Below, one piece after another: positions 28,981-38,537 of a stretch of DNA of 64,000 nt. Positions within the stretch are counted from its first letter, which is position 1, and every line of letters starts with the position of its first letter. Location: contig JAEOUA010000003.1 in assembly GCA_016839555.1 (NCBI GenBank), positions 96,001-160,000 of the forward strand. The letters run 5' to 3'. The translations under genes were made by a program, and so were the position numbers. The notes under the pieces are model-generated. The model was not told where the DNA came from. It did no database searches and saw only the letters and a program-made list of their open reading frames with translations. This stretch comes from Promethearchaeota archaeon (GTDB lineage: Archaea; Asgardarchaeota; Lokiarchaeia; Sigyniarchaeales; SOKP01).

Positions 28981-29715
28981 ATGGCATTGGAACCAAATAG
29001 TTTAGAATATCAAGTATTTTATATATTAGTTATCTTATTATTAGCGGCTAAATTATCTTTTTCGGTGTACCTTGGAAAAAAGATTATTAATAAAACCAAA
29101 AAAGAGGGTAAATTTACTTTCGATTTTATATTTGGAGTATTCATCCTCATGATTTGCTTATTTGTATCGCGATTTTTATATTTCTTTTATGACTTTTATC
29201 TTATTAAATTCGACCCAGCAAATTTTCTTAATCCCGATGCTCTAATTGTATGGGCATTTGCTTCTTTGATCAGTACTATAGGTTATTCAGCAGCAATGTT
29301 TGCCATCGATTACAGGGTTCTACATTTTAGAATGAAAGGAATTATAGCTTATATAATTATTGGAGTAGGAATATTTGATTTTATCTGGGTTATGGGTGGT
29401 TTCGTGACTTCTGAGGATATATTTGGAATAGTAAATGGAATTTTAATGGTTGCTAATGTGCTTGCTATAATTATCCCAATAATCTTTTTCTACATTGGAA
29501 CAAAAACAACTGGTTTAAAAAAAGTTTCTTATATTATTGCGTTTGGGGTTATTATTTACTCAATTGGATCATCAATAGTCCTAGAACCTATTTTATCTCC
29601 CCTCAGAGATATATTTGGAGACTTAATTCATATTCCTGTCTTCTTTATATTTTTCATCCTTAAATTAGTCGGCTTGGGCATGTTTTCTTACGGGGTTACT
29701 CAATTTAGTCTCTAA
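28981..29715 (+). CDS. 7TM membrane protein
   Basis: About seven hydrophobic helices and no soluble domain. Confidence 0.7.
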   Translation: MALEPNSLEYQVFYILVILLLAAKLSFSVYLGKKIINKTKKEGKFTFDFIFGVFILMICLFVSRFLYFFYDFYLIKFDPANFLNPDALIVWAFASLISTIGYSAAMFAIDYRVLHFRMKGIIAYIIIGVGIFDFIWVMGGFVTSEDIFGIVNGILMVANVLAIIIPIIFFYIGTKTTGLKKVSYIIAFGVIIYSIGSSIVLEPILSPLRDIFGDLIHIPVFFIFFILKLVGLGMFSYGVTQFSL

Positions 29716-29824
29716 TTTTTTTTATTTAAATATTTCATAGCAAAATAAGAACTAAAATTTTCTGAATACTTCAAAAAATTAAATAAAATAGATTGAAATA
29801 AATTTTAAGAATTAGTATTTTGAT

Positions 29825-30121
29825 TTATTCAATATCTCCGAATTCTAAATCGAAACTATAATATTTTCTTACAGGTTTTTTAACCTTCCACTTGCAATTT
29901 AATCCCTTCTTAAATTGAACTAAATCTCCCTTACCAAATTCTATTTTTTCTCCTGTCTTTGGGTCCTTAACCTCCACTTCTCCGTCTAAAAGGTAGCACG
30001 TTTCTGTGTCACCATAAGACCAATCAAATTCACTCACTTCTTTTTCCCAAGTCCCCCAAGATTCAACACCTAAATTTTCTAATTCTTCTTTTGTGGGTTT
30101 CTTTTTTTTCATATTTGCCAT
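29825..30121 (-). CDS. cupin_3 (DUF861) protein
   Basis: WGTWEKEVSEFDWSY..TETCYLLDG...GDLV.F..G....W.V. Confidence 0.85.
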   Translation of the reverse strand: MANMKKKKPTKEELENLGVESWGTWEKEVSEFDWSYGDTETCYLLDGEVEVKDPKTGEKIEFGKGDLVQFKKGLNCKWKVKKPVRKYYSFDLEFGDIE

Positions 30122-30373
30122 ATTTTTATCAGTTCCTCTTAATTTATTTTTTTATAATGAATATAACGAGCTCTATTTGAAAATAATAATTAGTCTTTAT
30201 TATAATTTATTCAAAATGGAAACTACAATTGAGCTAACATATTTTAAGTGTTGAAATTAATTAATAGTTTAATTGAATGTATATTAAGGAGGATAAAGAA
30301 TTAATTAATATACTATTATTCTTAATAATTTAAATTTTAAGTTTGAAAACAATTAAAAGCAGAGGGAAAAAAA

Positions 30374-31183
30374 ATGGTCGATAGATTTTTAGATGGAAAA
30401 GGAGTTTTAATAACTGGAGGTGCTTCTGGATTTGGAAGAGGTGTCGCCTATGCATATGCGGAAAGAGGTGCCGACTTAGCATTAATTGATATTAATGAAG
30501 GACTATTAGAAGAAACCGCCAATGATATAAGGCAGAAACATAAATGTAAAGTAATTCCAATCATTTGCGATGTATCTAAAAGTGAAGAGGTTCAACAAAT
30601 GGCAAAGCAAGCATCTACTGAATTAGAAAATATTTATATTCTTTTTAATAATGCTGGTATAGGTTCTATTTATGGACCGAATCTCTTAAGAATAAAAGAA
30701 CCAATATTCGATTCTATTCTAAATATTAATCTCCGCGGTCAATGGTTAGTCGCAAAATATATTTGCCGAAGAATGAAAAAGCAAAATTTTAAACCATTAG
30801 CGGGAAAGATAATTTGCACTGCCTCAGTTGCGGGCGTTGCAGTAAATCCTAAATTATGTGCCTATAGTATCAGTAAGGCAGGTGTTATTGCTATGATGCA
30901 AATGTTAGCAAAAGATCTTGCCCCAGATATCACTGTAAATGCAATCTCTCCAGGCTATCATGTGACGGGAATATATAAAACCTATGAAGCTATGAAGGCA
31001 ACTATGGATGACGGAAATGTTAAAACGCCATTAAATAGAGTTGGCACAATAGAGGATGTGGTCAATCTTATGATTTTTTTAGCCTCAGATAAATCCAATT
31101 TCATTACAGGACATAATTTTATAGTTGATGGAGGAATTGCAGAAGTTGGCAAACCACCAGATTATTTAGATTCAGAAATTTAA
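30374..31183 (+). CDS. short-chain dehydrogenase/reductase
   Basis: TGGASGFG, NNAG, YSISK catalytic motif, NAISPG and VDGG. Confidence 0.92.
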   Translation: MVDRFLDGKGVLITGGASGFGRGVAYAYAERGADLALIDINEGLLEETANDIRQKHKCKVIPIICDVSKSEEVQQMAKQASTELENIYILFNNAGIGSIYGPNLLRIKEPIFDSILNINLRGQWLVAKYICRRMKKQNFKPLAGKIICTASVAGVAVNPKLCAYSISKAGVIAMMQMLAKDLAPDITVNAISPGYHVTGIYKTYEAMKATMDDGNVKTPLNRVGTIEDVVNLMIFLASDKSNFITGHNFIVDGGIAEVGKPPDYLDSEI

Positions 31184-31592
31184 CATATAAGAAGAATTGA
31201 AATTTGGTACATGGATTTTCATTGGAAAAAAATAATTTCATTATTATATTTTTATTTTACTAGTTCAAAATAATATCTGTTAATAAGCTGGATAATCTGA
31301 TCTTCTTAAATAAAAAGTTATGAGCTAATCTGGGCAATTAAAAATATAAATAAGAAGCTTTATACAGCTTAAATTAAATCTATAACACTTCAATATACAA
31401 TAATTTAAATATTCTAACTATTATAAATAAAATATTAATAGATAACCTTAACATTTAAATAACCTAAATAAAAAGTAAAAAACTTTATTTATCTTCCCTT
31501 TAATTATTAATATATAATTATTTTATAAAAATAGCTTTAATATATCACAACTTTAACTTATTAGATTATAAAAAAACTACTAGTGAAAGAAA

Positions 31593-32114
31593 TTGCCTAA
31601 GAAATTCATCTTCAAGATCTTAACAGCGGGGGAAGGCGGTGTCGGCAAGACAACGCTCCTTCATCGATACGTTAATGGCAAATTCTCAGAATCAACAAAA
31701 ATGACTATTGGTGTTGAATTTTTTCTTAAGGAAATAGAAATGGAGGATCATAACTGCACCTTGCAGCTGTGGGATTTTGGAGGGCAAGGGCGCTTTCGCT
31801 TTCTTATCGATAGCTATGTACTGGGCGCAAAAGCAGCCTTACTTATGTTTGATCTCACAAGACCTATGACCTTAGAAAATCTCGATGAATGGGTTAATAT
31901 CTGTCGAAAAAATGATCCTAATCTTCCGATACTCTTCTTAGGTACAAAATTAGATTTAACAGAGGACATCAGTGTTGATGATGATTATGCTGAACAATTC
32001 TTAGATAAATTAAATTTATTTGACTACTTAAGAGTTTCTTCAAAAACCGGAGAAAATGTAGAAAAAGCATTCGATTTAATTACAAAACGGTGCTTAGAAC
32101 GTCAACTCCTATAA
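31593..32114 (+). CDS. Rab-like small GTPase (TTG start)
   Basis: GEGGVGKT, TIGVEF, WDFGGQ, GTKLD and SSKTG. Confidence 0.92.
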   Translation: MPKKFIFKILTAGEGGVGKTTLLHRYVNGKFSESTKMTIGVEFFLKEIEMEDHNCTLQLWDFGGQGRFRFLIDSYVLGAKAALLMFDLTRPMTLENLDEWVNICRKNDPNLPILFLGTKLDLTEDISVDDDYAEQFLDKLNLFDYLRVSSKTGENVEKAFDLITKRCLERQLL

Positions 32115-32148
32115 AATAGATAATTTTTTAGGGAATTTCCATAATCAA

Positions 32149-32598
32149 TTGAAAATTATTAATAATCTCATTATTCTTGATAGTAATTTTTTATTAGTCC
32201 CAATTCAATTTAAAATTGATTATATAGAAGAAATTTCACTAATGTTGGAAGGGAGATGTAAATTTATCATCTTTCAACAGGTAATAGATGAATTGCAAGC
32301 CAAAAAATCTCGTTATAGGAAATCTAATAAAAGTGCTAAATTTGAAACGCAATTAAACGCAGGATTATTATATTTAGAAAGAAAAAAAAGGGAGTATAAT
32401 ATTCAGATTATTGATATCAGAAAAAAAAATAATGAATCTACCGATGATTTTTTACTTAAAAAAATAAAACAACTCCAACAAGAAAATAGAATTGTATTTT
32501 TAGCAACAAATGATTATAAATTAAGAAAAAAAGCAAAAACCGAGTGTTCTGTATTCTTTGTAAGGCAGAAAAAATTCATTTCCCTTCTCAAAAAATGA
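32149..32598 (+). CDS. PIN domain protein (Fcf1/Utp24-like)
   Basis: ILDSNFL, VIDEL, TDD, ATND..LR and VRQKK. Confidence 0.85.
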   Translation: MKIINNLIILDSNFLLVPIQFKIDYIEEISLMLEGRCKFIIFQQVIDELQAKKSRYRKSNKSAKFETQLNAGLLYLERKKREYNIQIIDIRKKNNESTDDFLLKKIKQLQQENRIVFLATNDYKLRKKAKTECSVFFVRQKKFISLLKK

Positions 32599-32955
32599 CA
32601 AAATAAAATGAAAAAGATTTTTGGCTAACTATGAAATTTTGAGAATCTGTCATATATACCGTAAAAATATAAGATGATTTTAACAAATAGAGTTTAATTC
32701 AAAAAGAGAACCTTTTAGAATAAATTATTAATAGAAATAAAATAAATAATATTTTTTAATCGAGTTTTTAACCTATATGTGAATTACTTTTAACTTATAA
32801 ATAGCATGTGATTTAATTGCGCAAAAATTTTTTTTATTGCATAATTATATAAAGAATAGCACTGTATTATCATATATAATAGGATTTTAGAGCGTACAAA
32901 ATTTTTGTGTTTATTATAAATTGAAATAATCTTCTAAACATAAGCAGAGAATCAG

Positions 32956-33498
32956 ATGATAGAATATAAAAAATATGAAAGACCGCTCGTTCTGAAAGTT
33001 TTAACGGCAGGTGAGGGCGGTGTCGGAAAAACAACGTTGCTCCATCGATATATTGAGGGGGAATTCAATGCAAATACAAAAATGACTATAGGAGTTCAAT
33101 TTTTTTTAAAAGAATTAGAAATTAACTCAAAACGGATTATTTTGCAGATATGGGACTTTGGTGGGCAAGAACGATTCAGAACACTTCTCAAATCCTATGC
33201 AAATGGTGCAAAGGGGGCAATACTTATGTTTGACTTAACAAGACCATTGACTCTTGATAGAATTGATGATTGGGTTGATATTTGTAGATCAGATGATCCA
33301 GAATTACCCATTATTTTTTTAGGAACGAAATATGATCTTAAATCTGAAATATCTATAGAAGATGATTATATCGAGGAATTTTTAAAAAAACACAATTTAA
33401 TTAGATTTTTGAAAACTTCTTCAAAATCAGGGAGAAATGTCAAGAGGTCATTTGAAATATTATCAGAAAGTATCTTGGAACATCTTGACATTATTTAA
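32956..33498 (+). CDS. Rab-like small GTPase
   Basis: GEGGVGKT, TIGVQF, WDFGGQERFR, GTKYD and SSKSG. Confidence 0.92.
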   Translation: MIEYKKYERPLVLKVLTAGEGGVGKTTLLHRYIEGEFNANTKMTIGVQFFLKELEINSKRIILQIWDFGGQERFRTLLKSYANGAKGAILMFDLTRPLTLDRIDDWVDICRSDDPELPIIFLGTKYDLKSEISIEDDYIEEFLKKHNLIRFLKTSSKSGRNVKRSFEILSESILEHLDII

Positions 33499-33597
33499 TC
33501 TAAACATTAAATTATTTTATATAATTAGATAAAAAATATTAAATAAATAGTATATATTCTTTTTAATTACCTTATATAAAAAGAGAGGGAAATTTTT

Positions 33598-33936
33598 ATG
33601 AAACAAGTAAATGAAAATGATTTTGACTATAGAAAGGGAAGCACGGGAGTAAAATACCTCATGCGGGGGCCCAGTATAGATTGGGGAATCATTAGATTAA
33701 TGCCCAATGAGAAAATGGGTGAAATACCACATGGACATGAATTTATCGATGAAACTTTTTATTTTATGGAAGGCGATGGGATCATGATAATAGATGATAA
33801 AGAATATGATGCTCCTGAAGGAAGCGTTTTCTTATGTGAACCAAAAGAGATGCATAATATTAGAAATGATTCTTCAGATCCAATAAAAATTGTCTTTATC
33901 AAAGGAGAATTCCGACCTAATGATAAAATTGAGTAA
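33598..33936 (+). CDS. cupin domain protein
   Basis: HGH...E.FY...G.G...P.EMH.I.N. Confidence 0.85.
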   Translation: MKQVNENDFDYRKGSTGVKYLMRGPSIDWGIIRLMPNEKMGEIPHGHEFIDETFYFMEGDGIMIIDDKEYDAPEGSVFLCEPKEMHNIRNDSSDPIKIVFIKGEFRPNDKIE

Positions 33937-33975
33937 TCTTTTTTAGAACTTATACATTTTTTTAAATTGAATCAT

Positions 33976-34326
33976 ATGAGTAAAGATAATTCTGAATCGG
34001 AAGCAATTGGTAGAATCAAAAAGCCTGATAGAAAGAAAGGGGAAATTTTTGCACGAGTTATTGATATCTATGGTAACGATAGAATGAGGGTTTTCTGTGA
34101 AGATGGTGTTCACAGAATTGGTCGAATTAGAGGAAAAATAAAAAAAAGGGTTTGGATACGGAAAGGGGATCTCGTCGTTGTTAATCCGTGGGATTGGGAG
34201 ACAGAGATAAAAGATAAACTTGGGAAGGCAGAAATTTCATGGCGATATAAAAAAAATGAAGTAGCGTGGTTAAAAAAACACGGAATATTACCTGAAAGGC
34301 TTGATTTAAATAACATTCCTGTTTAA
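33976..34326 (+). CDS. eif1a: translation initiation factor aIF1A
   Basis: G..RM.V.C.DG..R.GRIRGK.KKRVWI..GDLV.V.PWD; ATG 33976 preferred over TTG 33967. Confidence 0.92.
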   Translation: MSKDNSESEAIGRIKKPDRKKGEIFARVIDIYGNDRMRVFCEDGVHRIGRIRGKIKKRVWIRKGDLVVVNPWDWETEIKDKLGKAEISWRYKKNEVAWLKKHGILPERLDLNNIPV

Positions 34327-34730
34327 ATTTTAGTTGTTGGATAATAATTATATTACATAGTTTGCAAAATTTTTTAATCTAGGAAATCCTTACTTCAACT
34401 CAGTTAATAGAGTTTTCTGCTTTCTTGTAGTCTTTAATTTCGATGATGAATTTTTTATTGGAATTTTTCATTTTTTATCAATTATTTTTTAATTAGGGTT
34501 GAAATAATGGGATTTGGGGTTTTAAATGAGTTGAGATTGGCGGTTTAGTGAATTACTGCTAAAAATTAAGGGGAAAGAATAAAATGAGCATACTCATAAA
34601 AATTGAGCAAGATTAAGATATGCTCTTATATATTTTTTATCCAATTTTAATAAGTTTTGCTGATTTAAATCTAAAGTTAAAAATTTATTAAAAGAAAACA
34701 ACTTTATATTCTTAATTTTATATATCTTTA

Positions 34731-36134
34731 TTGATAGATTCCTTTAAAATCAATGAGTTAATTACCCTAAAGCTAGGTGAAAACGGTCGCACGATGATTT
34801 ATGTTGCTGGGAAGCCGTTCAAACAATGCACTTATTTATTATTAACCATTCCCAAAAATAGGGCAGAAGAGTTTGCAGATATCAAGTCAATTGACGATAC
34901 GGCGGAACGGTTAGATAAATCTATGCATGATGCAATAGAAAGCAAGAAAATTAACATACCTCCACGGGTGGAATTCTGGGGACACTGCTCCAATCTCCAA
35001 GCATGGACGGAAAATGGCTACGACCTGAATCTAATTCATTCTAACTTAGGGTTTCCGTTACTGAAAAAACTTAGCGAGTTGGGAGATCCCCAAGCCACGG
35101 CAGTTTTTAAGGAAGAGGTTGTCCGACGCTTTCGGGAGGGAGACTTCAAAACCAAGCAGTATCTTCTTCTTGAATTCTATTTCAGAAATTTCACAAAAGA
35201 GGAATTGGACATCGTATTTGAAAATCTGGACATTAAAAAGATTTCTACTGAATTAAATCCTAGAGAAAAATTTACCTTATTGGAGGAATTAACTGGTTTA
35301 GGAAATGCAGACGCCCGAAAGATTTTAAAGGAAAAGGTGCTCAAGCGTTTTAAAAAAGAGAGTGAATGGATAGACCGACATTTCATTGTACGAAGGGGTT
35401 ATTTGGATATTTTGAGCCGAGCGGAGATTGACAAACTCTTTTCCGGAGTCCCCAAAGAAGATTACAGATTAGCTTCCGTGAGTCCAAGTGTTTCGAAAAC
35501 ATTTCCGTACTATCTTCTAAAACTAAGTTATTTGGGCGAACTCCATTATAATTATTGCGATTTAGAAGAGCTTTCGGAATCGATCGGGAAGCTTACTTCT
35601 CTACATACCTTAGAATTAAATGGTAATAACCTCAAACGCCTCCCAGAATCTATCGCCAACTTAAATCGTTTAGAGTTATTAGAATTAGGCCATAATAAAT
35701 TTGAGGAATTTCCACAGCAAATCATCAATTTAGAAAGGTTAAAAAGATTGTATATGGAACATAATAAACTTAATAAGTTGCCGGAATCTATTGGACAGAT
35801 GAAAAGGCTTCGGATACTGTTTCTAACCGATAATAATCTCAGAGAATTGCCGAAGTCTATAGGGGAGTTAAAATTTTTAAGGGAGTTATGGCTAGAGAGA
35901 AATAGGCTTACCAGTTTGCCAGAATCTATTGGAATGTTAAAAAGCCTAAAAGTATTGTACTTAGACCAAAATAATCTCAAAGAATTGCCAGAAACCATCG
36001 GTAATTTGGAAAATTTAGAGTCGCTAGGATTAAGTTCGAATAATTTGAAAGGAGTGCCAGATACAATTAAAAACTTAAAAAAATTAAATTTCACGTTCTA
36101 CCCACAATCTCAGAGAAAAACAGTAAATAAATAA
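34731..36134 (+). CDS. leucine-rich repeat protein with conserved N-terminal domain
   Basis: About 8 LxxLxLxxNxLxxLPESIG repeats; N-terminal EFWGHCSNLQAW motif, which I recall from Lokiarchaeal LRR families. Confidence 0.85.
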   Translation: MIDSFKINELITLKLGENGRTMIYVAGKPFKQCTYLLLTIPKNRAEEFADIKSIDDTAERLDKSMHDAIESKKINIPPRVEFWGHCSNLQAWTENGYDLNLIHSNLGFPLLKKLSELGDPQATAVFKEEVVRRFREGDFKTKQYLLLEFYFRNFTKEELDIVFENLDIKKISTELNPREKFTLLEELTGLGNADARKILKEKVLKRFKKESEWIDRHFIVRRGYLDILSRAEIDKLFSGVPKEDYRLASVSPSVSKTFPYYLLKLSYLGELHYNYCDLEELSESIGKLTSLHTLELNGNNLKRLPESIANLNRLELLELGHNKFEEFPQQIINLERLKRLYMEHNKLNKLPESIGQMKRLRILFLTDNNLRELPKSIGELKFLRELWLERNRLTSLPESIGMLKSLKVLYLDQNNLKELPETIGNLENLESLGLSSNNLKGVPDTIKNLKKLNFTFYPQSQRKTVNK

Positions 36135-36152
36135 AAAGTCTTCGAGTAGCTT

Positions 36153-36755
36153 TTAACCTAATGCTTCTTTTAATTTTTTCCAATTAAACCACTCGTCAAA
36201 GCTTAATTGCCTGGTTAATGGCGTTATCCCCCATCGAATTTGCTTAATAAAATCATGATACTGTTCATAAAGCTTTTTAAACCCTTCCAAATCTTTACTA
36301 TACTTACTTGCTTTCTCCATCTTAAGAAATAATGATTCTATCCAGTTTTTGCCGTTAGGATCTTTTTGAAGCATGCTCTGAATTTCAAAGTCTTCGGCAA
36401 ACTCTTGCAGCGTCACAATATGCACATAATCCTCGTATTTCTTACAGTCTTTATATCCTTTATTCTTCATGACTTTTTGAGCTTCAAGTTTAGCGGCTTC
36501 TCTTAGATCGAAAAGTTTCCTTTTGAATTCCATCGTTTCGGTGTCTTGTCCATATATAACAATCACCACATGCCTATTTTCACCCAAATATTTAGATATT
36601 TTTCCTAAGATAAGATCTTCTCTGGTAGAACTGATATAATCGACTACGATATATTCAATATCATCGCCCCCATATTGACCATGCAAGATTGGATATATTA
36701 TAGGACGACTGCTTGTCCTGAAATGTGCCTTAAAATTATTATCAACCACAAACAC
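36153..36755 (-). pseudogene. hypothetical ORF, probably a 5'-truncated fragment
   Basis: GTG start sits inside a perfect 11-bp inverted repeat, an in-frame stop lies just upstream, and no clear RBS is visible. Confidence 0.4.
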
Positions 36756-37111
36756 GGTATGTGTTTGTGGTCATAAATTTTTTGAAAATCCATCTTTTTA
36801 TAGCTATTTTTTTCTGATTTGTTGGCTCTAATTATTACAAATTTAAAAAAGGTTGATATGTTTATAAACTGGTTAATTTTTAGTTAATAAATAATAATTT
36901 ACTTGTCTATTTATATTCTAATTTTCCTTTTAAAATATCATTCACTTTACATAGGATATACTATTTTCTTAAATATAGAATATATTTTTCTTAAAAAGTA
37001 AAATCTGCTTTAAAATATTATGATTAAAATATTGGGTTATTGGTAATTTTTACTTGAATGGGATCCCCTTCCTTGAGTTCATAGGACGCTTGTATTTCTT
37101 CAGCACATGTA

Positions 37112-38095
37112 TCACATATTTAATTTTTCTCTTAATTCATTGATAAAGTTGTCTAAGTTTGATTTATCATAAACGGACACCCAACCGTGTTCTTTATCAT
37201 TAATATAAATAAGGATTCGTATTATTTTATCAGAAGTGTCTAGATATATATGAACTTTTACTCGTTCTAGTATGATTTCGTAATTCGGAGGCTCAGCCCC
37301 AGAAGCCAAGTGGCCGTTGAACCCCCATCGTTTAGGAGCATCGTAATGGAATCCTAAATATTCATTCAAATCATCTTTATATCTGTCTAAGAGGTTCAAT
37401 AACTTATCAATCTCTTCCTTATACTTCACTGTTTTACTTTCTTCGAGTTCAAATTTGAGATAACACAGATTCTTTATTGCTTCATAACATCGCAAGAATG
37501 AGCTTCTTAAGCTCGTGATTTGTAAATAATTTTGGGGATAATTTTTTATTAAGCTTGGTATTTTTCTTTTTATAAAATCTAAATCATTTTTCTTAACGGC
37601 CTCTTCAAGTTCCTTAATTTTTCTTTCATAATTTTCTTCTTTTTTTTTAAGAATAGACGCGCTTTTGATTTGGTTTTTTTTTCCTATTATTTTAGTTTCA
37701 ATCAAAATTTCTTCGACAATATCCACATATTTTTTAGCTATTTCTTTTCTAATACCTAATCTTAATGATTCTTCCCCATGTTGGTAAATATTACGATCAT
37801 TATGTAATTGAGAGATAGTAAGATTATAATCAGGTAAATTTGGAAACTTATTTTTTAATACATCTTTATAGAGTTTGGGAAAATTATATGTTCTTAAATT
37901 CCCCTCCCTATTCCTCCTTTTATATTGGAGATTATACTTTTTTGCGATTATTAATGCAATTTTTGTGATTATATTATCAGATAAATAATGACTCAGTTCA
38001 TAAATATAATTATTTTCATGTTCCGAAAATTCTTTTGCAATAGCAAACATCTCTTTAATTACTTCAAGTTCTTCATTCATGCTCTTAAAATACAC
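37112..38095 (-). CDS. hypothetical protein with HEPN-like Rx4H motif
   Basis: Helical N-terminal domain containing LHNDRNIYQH. Confidence 0.5.
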   Translation of the reverse strand: MYFKSMNEELEVIKEMFAIAKEFSEHENNYIYELSHYLSDNIITKIALIIAKKYNLQYKRRNREGNLRTYNFPKLYKDVLKNKFPNLPDYNLTISQLHNDRNIYQHGEESLRLGIRKEIAKKYVDIVEEILIETKIIGKKNQIKSASILKKKEENYERKIKELEEAVKKNDLDFIKRKIPSLIKNYPQNYLQITSLRSSFLRCYEAIKNLCYLKFELEESKTVKYKEEIDKLLNLLDRYKDDLNEYLGFHYDAPKRWGFNGHLASGAEPPNYEIILERVKVHIYLDTSDKIIRILIYINDKEHGWVSVYDKSNLDNFINELREKLNM

Positions 38096-38537
38096 CTCAA
38101 AATAAAAAATATAAATTATTTGTAGTAGATTTGAGAATTATAATGTGATATTTATCTTTTAAATATATTCCTTGTTATATATTAAATATTTTTTTTATTT
38201 AAAGTTTGAGTTAAAAAGGAGGAAGAAATCTTCTCTAATTAATAAATTTGTATTATATCTATCTTTCTTGCATTAATAAAATATCAGTTTTCCCTAAAAA
38301 AACTATGTGGATCAATATCACCTCCTGAAATGATTTTTTATTGTTTCAATATAAAAAGTTATTAATAGAATCGTGAGAATAATATAGAATCTTTACATTT
38401 TCTTCTTTTTTTTTAGATTTTATAGTAAACTTCTTAAGAATACTTTTATATGTTGAGTTCCTTTATGTACTTAAAGAGATTATCCGATGATGTAAATAAG
38501 AGAGATTAATATAAAAATTAATAGGCATTGATTTAAA

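Noticed and set aside
35552-36094. 180-aa periodic antisense ORF and the nucleotide repeats under it
   Set aside because: This is the mirror of the LRR coding repeats. It is not a CRISPR array, and not a DGR template since no reverse transcriptase is present.
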